This document shows, one piece after another, positions 46,559-56,750 of a stretch of 64,000 nt of DNA. The stretch lies in contig DYRG01000004.1 of NCBI GenBank assembly GCA_020718845.1, forward strand, positions 15,154-79,153, in the 5' to 3' direction. Numbering within the stretch: position 1 is the stretch's first letter; each line of letters opens with the position of its first letter. The notes beneath the pieces are model-generated. The model was not told where the DNA came from. It did not search any database and was given only the letters and a program-made list of their open reading frames with translations. Source of the stretch: Thiomargarita sp. (GTDB lineage Bacteria > Pseudomonadota > Gammaproteobacteria > Beggiatoales > Beggiatoaceae). A program made the translations under genes and the position numbers.

Positions 46559-47083
46559 CTATTGGACTTTGGGAGCTAATTGGCGAACACCACTGCGTAA
46601 ATGGGTTTGAACTTTTCCATTAGCAGTATCATCACAGGTTGTGCCGCTAATGGCAGCCGTTCCTAACGAATTGATTTCAAAATAAACGACATCGGTACTT
46701 GCTGCGCTGCTGACGCGGGTTGAATCGGATTGGCGAGGTTGTGAGAAACGCCCTTTTCCTTGTGCGCGCACATTAGAAACACAAGCTGTTAAATTATTAC
46801 CGCGATTAACCGACATTACTGTTCCCGTTACGGCTAGATTGGATGTTAAAGTATCACGTTGAGTAGAATCATTAAGCATATTTTCTAATTGAGCTAAACC
46901 CGCTTCGGTGATTTGTAGCGCGTAATTTTTTTCAACATAATTGGCGGCTAATTTAGTTTCGATCATGGTGCTGTTCATTGCGGTCACGCCGAGTAGACTT
47001 AAAATAATCAAGAAAATCAACGCCATCAATAAAACTGCGCCGCGTTGTTGCGGTAAAAACCTAGGTGAATTTGAGAGTTTCAT
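46559..47083 (-). CDS. pilX: Type IV pilus minor-pilin-associated assembly protein PilX-like
   Basis: QQRGAVLLMALIFLIILSLLGVTAMNSTMIETKLAANY is the typical PilX N-terminal segment. I chose ATG 47083. The gene lies directly upstream of pilY1. Confidence 0.7.
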   Translation of the reverse strand: MKLSNSPRFLPQQRGAVLLMALIFLIILSLLGVTAMNSTMIETKLAANYVEKNYALQITEAGLAQLENMLNDSTQRDTLTSNLAVTGTVMSVNRGNNLTACVSNVRAQGKGRFSQPRQSDSTRVSSAASTDVVYFEINSLGTAAISGTTCDDTANGKVQTHLRSGVRQLAPKVQ

Positions 47084-47296
47084 TGTTTTATGCTCTGTTT
47101 CGATCACGAATCATTGTTGTTTTAATCCATTATGATATGAATACTATAACTCAAATTTGTCAGATGTGAATAACCGATTATCTTTTTGTGAGCGCCGTTT
47201 GTCTGATGTATGGGGACTCGCTTGTGTTTGTGGTCTCCTTTTTGTAAGATAGCCGCTGAATTTCGCATTTTTCAAGGATTTGAGAGGATATGTCGC

Positions 47297-47878
47297 GTGC
47301 ATAAAAAACGCCAACGAATTTTGGATACGGATTTAACCGATCACTTCCTGATCGCCATGCCGACGCTCGACGATCCGCATTTTTTGCATACCGTGACCTA
47401 TTTGTGCGCGTACAGCAGCGAGGGCGCGATGGGCATCGTCATTAATCGTCCGCTCGATCTGGAATTAGGCGACGTTCTTTCCCATATGGAGATTAATATT
47501 TCTCATCCCGCCGCGCAACACATCCCGATTTTTCAAGGCGGTCCTGTTCAACCCGAACGCGGCTTTGTGATTCATCAACCGCTCGGAAACTGGGATGCGA
47601 TGCTGAAAGTCACGCCCGATATTGGCATTACCACGTCAAGGGATATTTTGGTGGCGATTGCAAGTGGCAAAGGTCCCGATAACGTGTTGATTGCATTAGG
47701 TTATGCGGGCTGGACGGCGGGTCAATTAGAACGCGAAATGGCGGCAAATGCGTGGTTAAGTACGCCAGCGGATGGGTCGGTGATTTTTAAGACTCCCACG
47801 CCCAAACGTTGGCAAGCTGCCGCCGCACGTTTAGGCATCGATATTAATTTACTTTCAACACAAGCAGGTCATGCGTAA
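47297..47878 (+). CDS. yqgE: YqgE/AlgH-family putative transcriptional regulator
   Basis: LTDHFLIAMPTLDDPHF..TV.YLC.....GAMGIVINRP, FQGGPVQPERGFV.H and GYAGW..GQLE.E...N.WL match the family. I chose GTG 47297, which has an upstream GAGGA, over the longer ORF. Confidence 0.85.
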   Translation: MHKKRQRILDTDLTDHFLIAMPTLDDPHFLHTVTYLCAYSSEGAMGIVINRPLDLELGDVLSHMEINISHPAAQHIPIFQGGPVQPERGFVIHQPLGNWDAMLKVTPDIGITTSRDILVAIASGKGPDNVLIALGYAGWTAGQLEREMAANAWLSTPADGSVIFKTPTPKRWQAAAARLGIDINLLSTQAGHA

Positions 47879-48293
47879 CTATATGTTTTTTCTAGGATTT
47901 GATTATGGTGTAAAACGCATCGGAATCGCAGTGGGTCAACGATTAACAGGAACAGCCACGCCTTTAATTGCCTTAAAAACCCGCCAACGCAAACCCGATT
48001 GGGAAGCCATTTCCAAAATCATCCAAACGTGGAAACCCGCTGCTTTAGTGGTGGGATTGCCTTTATTAGCCGACGGCAGCGACAGCCAAAGCACTTCAAA
48101 CGCTCGTAACTTCATGAATCAATTACATAATCGTTTTGGCTTGCCCGTTCACGGAATGGACGAAACGTTATCTTCTTTCGCCGCGCAAGAATTTTCCCCC
48201 GATCCCGACGCGCCCATCGATGCCATCGCCGCTCAATTGATTTTAGAAAGCTGGTTTGCCCTAACACCCGAGCAAACCAAAATCTACCAATAA
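47871..48293 (+). CDS. ruvX: Putative pre-16S rRNA nuclease / Holliday junction resolvase-like RuvX (YqgF)
   Basis: LGFDYGVKRIGIAVG...TATPL, ALVVGLPL..DGS and E.LSS..A fit RuvX. The conserved yqgE-yqgF gene pair supports the call. Confidence 0.9.
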   Translation: MRNYMFFLGFDYGVKRIGIAVGQRLTGTATPLIALKTRQRKPDWEAISKIIQTWKPAALVVGLPLLADGSDSQSTSNARNFMNQLHNRFGLPVHGMDETLSSFAAQEFSPDPDAPIDAIAAQLILESWFALTPEQTKIYQ

Positions 48294-48322
48294 AAAATAC
48301 TAAAATTGCCGCCAAAATAGCG

Positions 48323-48412
48323 ATATTACATAAAATATTTCGTAGGTTGAACTGTAAGTCCAATAAAATATTGGGGTTTAAACCCCAACCTACTTATAAA
48401 TAGTGTAATAAA
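48323..48412. repeat. Palindromic intergenic repeat, copy 2 (full length, nested inverted repeats)
   Basis: There are three nested inverted-repeat pairs. The outer pair is TATTACA...TGTAATA. The middle pair is GTAGGTTG (48342-48349) with CAACCTAC (48386-48393). The inner one is a perfect 18-bp palindrome, TTGGGGTTTAAACCCCAA (48371-48388). The ends match copy 1 at 20637-20709. Confidence 0.75.
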
Positions 48413-48413
48413 T

Positions 48414-48812
48414 CTACAGTGCATCACTACCCTCTAAAACTAAAATCGCATCCATTTCAACTTGAGCATTTTTGGGTAAAGAAGCAACACCAATCGCTGC
48501 TCGCGCTGGATAGGGTTGAGAAAAATATTCTGCCATGATTTGATTCACTAAAGGAAAATGCGTTAAATCCGTGAGGAAAACATTTAATTTAGCGGTATCT
48601 TTTAAATCTCCACCAGCGGCTTGAGCAACTGCTTTAAGATTTTTGAAAACTTGATGGATTTGAGCAGACATATCTCCTTCAATTAAATTCATGGTTTCTG
48701 GAATTAAAGGAATTTGTCCCGATAAATAAACCGTTGTACCAATTTTAACCGCTTGAGAATAAGTGCCAATTGCTTGAGGTGCATTCGGTGTGCTGATGAT
48801 TTCACGTTTCAT
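48414..48812 (-). CDS. ridA: RidA-family reactive-intermediate deaminase (YjgF/YER057c/UK114)
   Basis: [21 protein letters not shown], ...NVFLTD...F..VN..M..YF and PARAA..V..LPK.A.VE..AI fit the family. Confidence 0.9.
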   Translation of the reverse strand: MKREIISTPNAPQAIGTYSQAVKIGTTVYLSGQIPLIPETMNLIEGDMSAQIHQVFKNLKAVAQAAGGDLKDTAKLNVFLTDLTHFPLVNQIMAEYFSQPYPARAAIGVASLPKNAQVEMDAILVLEGSDAL

Positions 48813-48831
48813 TTTAAAAACTCCAAATAAT

Positions 48832-50028
48832 TTAATAAGATAATCTTGATAAAATCGGTAAATTGCCAGTTAAACCCATTGCATGGCTCATTACAACTCT
48901 TTTAAAAAAAGCGTTTTGATTACTAAGATTTAAACCCCAATTACGAACGGTTTTAAGCGGAAGAAAATCATTTCCAAATAAATAACGAAAACCATCCATT
49001 GCAGTCATCATGGTAGAGGTTTCAGTTTTTCTCCAGCGTTCATAACGTCGAAGGGTTTGAAAATCACCTAACGGACGGTTTCTATTTTGTAACAAAAGCT
49101 CTGCTAAACTCGCCGCATCTAACAAACCCAAATTCATCCCTTGTCCTGCTAAAGGATGAATGGTATGTGCTGCATCACCCATTAAAGCTAAATGCGGTTT
49201 CACATAATGCATTGAATGACGTTTGATTAAAGGAAAAGAAAAACGTTCGCTAATTAAAGAAACTTCACCTAATTTATGCGCAAAAGAAGTTGAAAGCAGT
49301 TGATTAAATTCTTCAATGGATAAATTGAGCAATTCCTCTGCTTGAGTGGGAGGAACACTCCACACAATTGAGCAACTATTGCTTTCTGATAAAGGGAGAA
49401 ACGCCAAAATACTTGAACCTAAAAAACGTTGGCGAGCGGTCATTTGATGTGGCAATTCAGTTTGAACGGTTGCAACTAACGCATGATGATGATATTCTTT
49501 TGAATTCAAAGAGATACCCGCTAATTCACGCACTTTAGAATTTGCACCGTCTGCGCCGATGACTAAATTAGCGGTTAATTCTTCACCATTGTCAAGCGTA
49601 ATAAGATATTGATTTTGTTGAAATTTTAAAGCAGCAATTTTGCTGTTGGTGAAGAACTTTATATCGGAAGAGGTTTGTAAAGTTTGAGCAAGTGCGCGTA
49701 AAATGACCCATAATTCAGTGATATAGCCTAAATTAGGTTCACCAAGTTCGTCGCAAAAAAACTGAATGTGACCGTCATTTTCCCACACTTCCATGCTTTG
49801 AAAAGGGGAATTGCGTTCAAAAAATTCCCACGCGCCGACCGATTCAAAAATCCGCTCAGAAGCGCGTGTGAGCGCGAAGACGCGCGAATCAAATGCGGTT
49901 TGGGGTGGCGGGCACAGGTTAGCTTTGTCGTCCAAAATGGCGATTTTAAAGCCTTTATCGCGCATCGCCGCCGCAAACGTCATTCCGACCGCTCCCGCAC
50001 CAATTACTGCTAAATCAACAATTTGCAT
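48832..50028 (-). CDS. UbiH/UbiF/VisC/COQ6-family FAD-dependent ubiquinone-biosynthesis hydroxylase
   Basis: [11 protein letters not shown] is the dinucleotide fold. Also present are [13 protein letters not shown] and the family-typical [23 protein letters not shown] cannot resolve which paralog this is. Confidence 0.85.
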   Translation of the reverse strand: MQIVDLAVIGAGAVGMTFAAAMRDKGFKIAILDDKANLCPPPQTAFDSRVFALTRASERIFESVGAWEFFERNSPFQSMEVWENDGHIQFFCDELGEPNLGYITELWVILRALAQTLQTSSDIKFFTNSKIAALKFQQNQYLITLDNGEELTANLVIGADGANSKVRELAGISLNSKEYHHHALVATVQTELPHQMTARQRFLGSSILAFLPLSESNSCSIVWSVPPTQAEELLNLSIEEFNQLLSTSFAHKLGEVSLISERFSFPLIKRHSMHYVKPHLALMGDAAHTIHPLAGQGMNLGLLDAASLAELLLQNRNRPLGDFQTLRRYERWRKTETSTMMTAMDGFRYLFGNDFLPLKTVRNWGLNLSNQNAFFKRVVMSHAMGLTGNLPILSRLSY

Positions 50029-50042
50029 AAAATTTTACCTCG

Positions 50043-52550
50043 TTATTCTGATTCAAGAATGGCGATTTCGTCGGGTGTTAATTCGTACAATTCATACACC
50101 ATTTGATTTATTTGTTGATCGGTTATTTCAATTTTATTTTTTATTTCAATAAATTTAGAATGTAATTCTTTAATTGATTTAAAGATATTGAAATCACTAA
50201 TTTCTATTTTTTGTTTTCTAAATTCATTAACTAACATATCAAAAGTTAATTTTTCTGGCATTTGTAATTTACTTGAAAGTGATCTTATTTGTAACACACA
50301 TTTCAAATAATCCATAAAATCTATTTTTAATTGAAATAATTTTTCATTTAAACTAAGAATTTGATTCACTTTTTCAACAAAGGGTTGTTGTTGTTTTAAA
50401 CTTATAAAAATAAAAGGTAGTTTTGCTAAATTAAATTTCTTAACTTCAGCAAATAATCGTCCTTTTTCTTGGGCAAGATATTGATAAACCTTATTTAATA
50501 ATTTGCTATTTAAAAGAGCTAATACATATTTTAAATTAATATTTGGATTTGTATTCCAAACATTATAAACATTATTTAGATTAAGTTTATAATCCGCATC
50601 ATAATGAGCAATTAATGAATCTGAGGTTTGTCGAAGAATAATTTTTTGTTCAGAACAAAAGGGTACAGATTCTCTTGCTTCTGCTAACCATGCTCCATAA
50701 CTCAACCACATTTCTGGTTCAAATAAATAAATATAACGATAGAAATCTTTTCCATTTACACAATTAATATAAGTTTCATCAACTTTTTTATTAGACGTAA
50801 AAGGCTTTAATTTTACTGTTTCAGCAGTTTGTTTTGGAACACCTTTTCCTATTTGATAAGCCTTTATTCCAACTGAAATTTCAACATAATCTCCTAATTT
50901 TTCATTATAATTCAATAGCTTTTCATAATTAATTCCCAATGTTTGACCTAATTTATAAGTTCCATCGAAAGAAACTATTTTATTATAATCAAGTTTGCAA
51001 TAAATATAAAAAGAATCAGGATTTTGATTAATACTAAAAATAAAATAACTCTTTGCATTTTTTGTATTTTTTGAAATCCAAATAACCGAATCTCCAATAT
51101 TTGCATCTTCAAATACTTCATATTCATATTTAATTATTTTTTCTGTTTGATAATTTTGCAAAAGTTTTCTCAAATTTTTAAAATAAAATTGATAGCTAAA
51201 AGTGGCTGGAGTAATATAACCTAAAAATCCATGTTCTTTTAATAAAGAAAACCCTCTTTCATAAAAAAGAGGATAACTATTTGCTTGATATTCAAAAGTA
51301 GTGTAGTTTTTATTTAAAAAATCGATTTCTTTATTTGAAAATAACGCACCATACGGCGGATTTCCAATGATCACATCAAAGCCACCTTTCTCAAAAATAT
51401 GAGGAAAGGCTTGCTGCCAATTAAAGGCTTTTTCTCCCGCCACATTCGGATCATCCACTAAAGAATTTCCACACTTAATATTATCATTTAACGACGTTAA
51501 TTTACGATGCGGTTTTGCGGTTCTTAACCATAAAGATAATTTAGAAATTTCAATGCTTTCTTCATTAATATCCACGCCAAACAAATTATTTTCTAAAATA
51601 CTATTTTCTAAATCAAAAACCAACGACGAACCCATTAGTTTTGCTTCTAATTCATTTAACCATTTATGCTCATTAATTAAAAAGGTCAACGCTTGATTGA
51701 GAAATGCCCCACTTCCACACGCGGGATCAACAATGCTTAAATTTAACAACCAATCTTTATAATTATGCAAGTTATCTAATAATGTTTGAATTGTTGCTTT
51801 ATTTGCTTTAATGTTTTTTCTAAAGAAATAATCTTCTTCTTTTAAATCACGACGTTGTTTTTCTTGTGAACACAAAACGCCCAACGTGTTTTCAACAATA
51901 TATTTGGTAATATAACGCGGCGTATAAAAAATCCCGTCTTTTTTGCGTTTTGTAACCTTTTGATTTTGTTTTATTTTATCATCAAAAAATTGTGCTTCTA
52001 ATTCCTCAATTTCTTTTAAACTATGCTCAAAAATATGCCCTAAAATATTAACATCGACTTCACTGTCATAATTATATTTGCTCAAAATCTCACAGGCTTT
52101 TTCTAAAACATTATCGGTAATTTTAAAATTATCAATAATTTCATCGGGCGCAAATAAACCACCATTATAAGCAAATATTTCAAGTTTCTCATTTTTAAAA
52201 CCCACATTCAAATAATCAAAATAAGATTTAAAATAATCATATAAAGATCGTTTGGCTGAAAAAGGATCATTTTTAGAAACTTTCCAATTATTTAAAACAA
52301 GCAAAACCGAATTTGCAGCAATTAATCCTTTATCTTTTGCAAAGAACAAAAACAAAAAACGATCTAATAATTTTTGCGTTTTCTTGAATAACAATAGTTT
52401 CTCAACTTCTGGATTGCACAACATTAGATTTTGAAATAACTCTTTTCTAAACGTTGAATACTCTTGATAGAAGCGTTTGCTAATATTTTCTTCTTCAAGA
52501 GGAAATTTTTTGAGATTATTTTCAATAATTCCTTTTTGGAACAACGACAT
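50043..52550 (-). CDS. Eco57I/MmeI-like (type IIG-type, gamma-class) N6-adenine DNA methyltransferase with TRD, lacking an N-terminal nuclease domain
   Basis: Motif X-like ILGHIFEHSL is present, and YNGGLF in the helical spacer. Motif I is VDPACGSGAFL (aa ~274) and motif IV is IIGNPPYG. The C-terminus is TaqI_C-like (LYELTPDEIAILE). The protein begins directly in the helical spacer, so there is no PD-(D/E)xK region. Confidence 0.8.
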   Translation of the reverse strand: MSLFQKGIIENNLKKFPLEEENISKRFYQEYSTFRKELFQNLMLCNPEVEKLLLFKKTQKLLDRFLFLFFAKDKGLIAANSVLLVLNNWKVSKNDPFSAKRSLYDYFKSYFDYLNVGFKNEKLEIFAYNGGLFAPDEIIDNFKITDNVLEKACEILSKYNYDSEVDVNILGHIFEHSLKEIEELEAQFFDDKIKQNQKVTKRKKDGIFYTPRYITKYIVENTLGVLCSQEKQRRDLKEEDYFFRKNIKANKATIQTLLDNLHNYKDWLLNLSIVDPACGSGAFLNQALTFLINEHKWLNELEAKLMGSSLVFDLENSILENNLFGVDINEESIEISKLSLWLRTAKPHRKLTSLNDNIKCGNSLVDDPNVAGEKAFNWQQAFPHIFEKGGFDVIIGNPPYGALFSNKEIDFLNKNYTTFEYQANSYPLFYERGFSLLKEHGFLGYITPATFSYQFYFKNLRKLLQNYQTEKIIKYEYEVFEDANIGDSVIWISKNTKNAKSYFIFSINQNPDSFYIYCKLDYNKIVSFDGTYKLGQTLGINYEKLLNYNEKLGDYVEISVGIKAYQIGKGVPKQTAETVKLKPFTSNKKVDETYINCVNGKDFYRYIYLFEPEMWLSYGAWLAEARESVPFCSEQKIILRQTSDSLIAHYDADYKLNLNNVYNVWNTNPNINLKYVLALLNSKLLNKVYQYLAQEKGRLFAEVKKFNLAKLPFIFISLKQQQPFVEKVNQILSLNEKLFQLKIDFMDYLKCVLQIRSLSSKLQMPEKLTFDMLVNEFRKQKIEISDFNIFKSIKELHSKFIEIKNKIEITDQQINQMVYELYELTPDEIAILESE

Positions 52551-52611
52551 AGATTTTTTCCAACTATTAAATCATTCCCACGCTCGAGCATGGGAACGAA
52601 TGAAAACTATC

Positions 52612-53706
52612 TTATTTCAGGGATTTTTCGTGACGAAAAGTGGTGACATTGGCGCAACCTTTTTGTTGATCGCACCAGCCGTCAAATTTTTGATATACCA
52701 AATTAAAGATTTTTCCATCGTCATCTTTAATGGTATGAGTTTTAGTTTCTTTCGCGTCAGAAACAATTCCCGCAACCCCGCGTGTTTGAATTAAATCAAT
52801 CAATTTTTTATCACTTTCTTGGGCTTTTGCGGCTTGTTGAGAAGCATCTTTTGCAATCCCACCCACGCCTCTTATGCTCAAATTAGTTGTTTTCAAATGG
52901 GCTGCCATTTGTTGCTCTAAAGATTGATCAGGTTGTTTGCTGGCAATGAAATAGATTTTTTCTTCGCCATGTTGCTCATCTAAATAAAAGGATTTATCTT
53001 TGGCTGGCAAAGTATAAGTGACATTTGCTTTAACGGGATTAAAATTATTCACTTCTACCCCGCCCATGCTTGCCATTGGAAATAATTGATAAACATTTCC
53101 AGAACTGTCGGTTTGGAAAATATACACATAGCCATCTGCTTGAGGTGTAAAGGAAATTTTGTAATGATCACCGTCGTATAAAACCGTGTCATTAGTTAAA
53201 TTTTTCATTTCATTTTGACCTTTATGGCGATAAGCATAATTAACAGCAACGGGTAATCCACTATTAAAGGCTTCTAATCCTTTGGTTTCTTTAGGAAATT
53301 TCTCGAGCAATTCTCTAATTTGAGATTGATATTGAGAAAGGGTTACACTTTTGTTTTCAAGCGACGGGTCTTTGGCGGTTGATTGGGTTACTGCTTGAAT
53401 TAATTGGAGCAACGTAGAAAGGTCTTTGCTTTCCATTTGAGTAGCGTCTTGACTTTGACCAGATTTCGCTTGATTATTGAGGTCTTGAATCCTTTTTTGG
53501 ATTTGATTTTGATCAAGCGTGGTGGTGGGGGTTGTGGCGGTTTTATTTGTACCCAAGATAACTTGTGCGAGGATTTCAACGCCACCTTTAACAATATCGC
53601 TTTTTGCGAGCTCCCAAACGATGGGGGCTGCGGTGGTCAATAACGCCACGCACGCGCTTAAACTGGCGGTGATTCCTAAAACAGCCAAGATTTTTACAGA
53701 TTTCAT
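52612..53706 (-). CDS. Lipoprotein with DUF4384-like domain
   Basis: A lipobox is present (LGITASLSAC). The block VLYDGDHYKISFTPQADGYVYIFQTDSSGNVYQLFP resembles DUF4384. The function is unknown. Confidence 0.6.
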   Translation of the reverse strand: MKSVKILAVLGITASLSACVALLTTAAPIVWELAKSDIVKGGVEILAQVILGTNKTATTPTTTLDQNQIQKRIQDLNNQAKSGQSQDATQMESKDLSTLLQLIQAVTQSTAKDPSLENKSVTLSQYQSQIRELLEKFPKETKGLEAFNSGLPVAVNYAYRHKGQNEMKNLTNDTVLYDGDHYKISFTPQADGYVYIFQTDSSGNVYQLFPMASMGGVEVNNFNPVKANVTYTLPAKDKSFYLDEQHGEEKIYFIASKQPDQSLEQQMAAHLKTTNLSIRGVGGIAKDASQQAAKAQESDKKLIDLIQTRGVAGIVSDAKETKTHTIKDDDGKIFNLVYQKFDGWCDQQKGCANVTTFRHEKSLK

Positions 53707-53831
53707 GAGATTTCCTTGAGGTTAATGTTAGCCGCTTATGCTATCACAATAATTAAGACGTTTTTAGATAACAAAGTTTGAGAATTTACTTTATACTTCA
53801 AATTTTTTCGCAAAAGCGCGGATAGGACATA

Positions 53832-54356
53832 ATGAGCGAATTTATCCAGCAAAATAACTATCAATACAATGAGTTAATTGATTGCGCACAAGGTAGATTG
53901 TTTGGCGAAGGGAACGCACGATTACCCATGCCAAATATGTTGATGATGGATCGAATCATCAGCATTTCCAACGACGGCGGCGCGTTTGGCAAAGGACATA
54001 TGATCGCTGAATTGGATATTAAACCCGAATTATGGTTTTTTGATTGCCATTTCCCCACCGATCCCGTGATGCCGGGCTGTTTGGGATTGGACGCGATGTG
54101 GCAATTGGTGGGGTTTTTCTTGGGTTGGAAAGGCGGAAAAGGACGCGGTCGAGCACTCGGCGCGGGTGATGTTAAATTTACGGGTCAAGTCACCCCTAAA
54201 AACAAATTAGTGACTTATCGCATTGATATGAAAAGAGTTATCATGCGCAAATTGGTGATGGGCATCGGCGACGGCGTGATGGAAGTCGATGGTCGCGTGA
54301 TTTACGAAGCAAAAGATTTACGGGTCGGACTTTTTACGTCGACCGATTCATTTTAA
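53832..54356 (+). CDS. fabA: 3-hydroxydecanoyl-ACP dehydratase/isomerase FabA
   Basis: The blocks [17 protein letters not shown] and [35 protein letters not shown] are near-canonical FabA. Confidence 0.95.
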   Translation: MSEFIQQNNYQYNELIDCAQGRLFGEGNARLPMPNMLMMDRIISISNDGGAFGKGHMIAELDIKPELWFFDCHFPTDPVMPGCLGLDAMWQLVGFFLGWKGGKGRGRALGAGDVKFTGQVTPKNKLVTYRIDMKRVIMRKLVMGIGDGVMEVDGRVIYEAKDLRVGLFTSTDSF

Positions 54357-54375
54357 AAATCAAAGGAGTAGGCGG

Positions 54376-55593
54376 GTGAAACGGGTAGTAATTACAGGCA
54401 TGGGCATCGTGTCCAGTTTGGGCAACAATAAACAACAAGTGCAAAAATCTCTGTATGATGGACAATCTGGGATCGTTTTTGCTAATGAATACAAAGAGTT
54501 AGGTTTTCGCTCGCACGTTCACGGCAGCCTAAAACTCAATCCCGCCGATCTCATCGACAAAAAAATCTACCGATTTATGGGCGATGCCGCCGCGTATAGT
54601 TATTTGGCGATGCGTGAAGCCATTGAAAATGCTGGACTTTCTGACGATCAAGTGTCGAATCCCCGCACGGGTTTAATCGTCGGATCGGGCGGCGGTTCTC
54701 CTCAACATCAAATCGATGCCGCTGATTTCTTGCGAAACAAAGGTTTACGTAAAGTCGGACCTTATATGGTCACTCGAACCATGTCGAGCACAACGGCAGC
54801 TTGTTTATGTACACCCTTTAAAATCAAAGGTTTAAATTATTCGATCAGTTCCGCTTGTTCGACGAGCGCACATTGCATTGGAAACGCTTTTGAGCAAATT
54901 CAATGGGGAAAACAAGACGTTATGTTCGCAGGCGGTGGCGAAGAATTGCATTGGGGAATGTCAGTGTTATTCGATGCAATGGGTGCTTTATCCTCTAAAT
55001 ACAATGAGATACCCGACAAAGCCTCGCGTCCTTACGATGCAACCCGTGACGGTTTTGTAATTTCAGGCGGTGGCGGTATTTTAGTGCTCGAATCACTCGA
55101 ACACGCTCAAGCACGCGGCGCAAAAATCTACGCAGAATTAATAGGTTACGGCGCAACTTCCGACGGCAGCGATATGGTTCAACCTTCTGGCGAAGGCGCG
55201 GTTCGTTGTATGCAACAGGCAATGTCGACGGTTACAAATCCAATCGAATATATCAATGCGCACGGTACAAGCACACCGGTTGGCGATTTGAAAGAACTCG
55301 AAGCCATTAAAACGGTATTTGAAGGACAAGCAATTCCTTATGTAAGTTCTACTAAATCTTTGAGTGGTCACGCATTAGGTGCGGCGGGTGTTCATGAAGC
55401 GATTTATAGTTTAATCATGATGGAGAACAACTTCATTTCTGCGAGTGCAAATATCACTGAATTAGATGCAGGTGCAGAAGGGATTCCAATTGTGCGTGAG
55501 CGGATCGACAAATCTTTAAACACCATAATGTCAAATAGCTTTGGCTTTGGTGGAACAAATGCAAGTTTAGTGTTTCAACGTTTTCAAAATTGA
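54376..55593 (+). CDS. fabB: 3-oxoacyl-ACP synthase I FabB
   Basis: KRVVITG.GIVSS.GNN is present. The active site is [12 protein letters not shown], the His-His blocks are [11 protein letters not shown] and [11 protein letters not shown], and the end is [10 protein letters not shown]. The gene lies immediately after fabA. Confidence 0.95.
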   Translation: MKRVVITGMGIVSSLGNNKQQVQKSLYDGQSGIVFANEYKELGFRSHVHGSLKLNPADLIDKKIYRFMGDAAAYSYLAMREAIENAGLSDDQVSNPRTGLIVGSGGGSPQHQIDAADFLRNKGLRKVGPYMVTRTMSSTTAACLCTPFKIKGLNYSISSACSTSAHCIGNAFEQIQWGKQDVMFAGGGEELHWGMSVLFDAMGALSSKYNEIPDKASRPYDATRDGFVISGGGGILVLESLEHAQARGAKIYAELIGYGATSDGSDMVQPSGEGAVRCMQQAMSTVTNPIEYINAHGTSTPVGDLKELEAIKTVFEGQAIPYVSSTKSLSGHALGAAGVHEAIYSLIMMENNFISASANITELDAGAEGIPIVRERIDKSLNTIMSNSFGFGGTNASLVFQRFQN

Positions 55594-55647
55594 TTTCAAA
55601 AAGGGATTATTTTAAACAAAATAGTCCCGTTTAAAGGATTAAAAGAA

Positions 55648-56736
55648 ATGAAAAGAAAAGCCTTAATTACAGGTATTACGGGACAAGACGGTGCGTATTT
55701 AGCAGAATTTCTCATTGAAAAAGGCTATGAAGTTCACGGAATTAAACGCCGTTCCTCTCTTTTTAATACCGCTAGAATTGATCATTTGTACCAAGACCCG
55801 CATTCTCCAGATCGCAATTTAATTCTTCATCACGGTGATTTAACCGATTCAACGAGTTTGATTAGAATTATTCAACAAATTCAACCACATGAAATTTATA
55901 ATTTAGCTGCACAAAGCCACGTTGCAGTGTCATTCGAAGAGCCTGAATATACTGCAAATTCTGACGCGATTGGTGCATTAAGAATCTTAGAAGCCATTCG
56001 AATTTTAGGTTTAGAAAAACATAGCCGTTTCTATCAAGCATCAACTTCTGAGTTATTTGGAAAAGTTCAAGAAATTCCTCAAAAAGAAACCACGCCTTTC
56101 TATCCTCGTTCTCCTTATGCCGCAGCCAAACTTTATGCGTATTGGATTACGGTTAATTACCGCGAAGCCTACAATATGTTTGCGTGTAATGGAATTTTGT
56201 TTAATCATGAAAGCCCGATTCGTGGAGAAACATTCGTCACGCGTAAAATAACTCGAGCCTTAGCAAAAATAAAATTAGGATTACAAAATTGTTTGTATTT
56301 AGGGAACATGGACGCATTGCGTGATTGGGGTCATGCAAAGGATTATGTGAAAGCACAATGGTTAATGTTGCAACAAGAACAACCTGAAGATTTTGTGATT
56401 GCAAGTGGCGAACAACATAGTGTTCGAGAATTTGTCGAAAAAGCCGCGTTAGCCTTAGATATTCAAATCAAATGGGAAGGTAAAGGTGTAGAAGAAAAAG
56501 GCATCGATATTTCAACTGGAAAAGCTATTGTCGCTGTTGATCCACGTTATTTCAGACCTACCGAAGTTGAAACCTTATTAGGCGATCCCACCAAAGCCAA
56601 AGAAAAACTCGGTTGGCAGACTAAAATAACTTTTGATGAATTGGTCAAAGAAATGGTTGAAGTAGATTTAAAAGAAGCTCAACGCGATTCGCTTTGTCAA
56701 AACGAAGGATTTAAAGTCTTTCGTTATCATGAATAA
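55648..56736 (+). CDS. gmd: GDP-mannose 4,6-dehydratase
   Basis: [63 protein letters not shown] and [16 protein letters not shown] fit Gmd. Confidence 0.95.
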   Translation: MKRKALITGITGQDGAYLAEFLIEKGYEVHGIKRRSSLFNTARIDHLYQDPHSPDRNLILHHGDLTDSTSLIRIIQQIQPHEIYNLAAQSHVAVSFEEPEYTANSDAIGALRILEAIRILGLEKHSRFYQASTSELFGKVQEIPQKETTPFYPRSPYAAAKLYAYWITVNYREAYNMFACNGILFNHESPIRGETFVTRKITRALAKIKLGLQNCLYLGNMDALRDWGHAKDYVKAQWLMLQQEQPEDFVIASGEQHSVREFVEKAALALDIQIKWEGKGVEEKGIDISTGKAIVAVDPRYFRPTEVETLLGDPTKAKEKLGWQTKITFDELVKEMVEVDLKEAQRDSLCQNEGFKVFRYHE

Positions 56737-56750
56737 AGGAAGAAAATGTT

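Noticed and set aside
50043-52550. Considered calling the methyltransferase a BREX PglX or a complete type IIG restriction-modification enzyme, which would make the locus a defence island.
   Set aside because: No BREX partners (PglZ, BrxC, BrxL and others), no helicase or nuclease gene, and no N-terminal PD-(D/E)xK domain are present in or around the ORF. I therefore reported it as an orphan or decayed methyltransferase.
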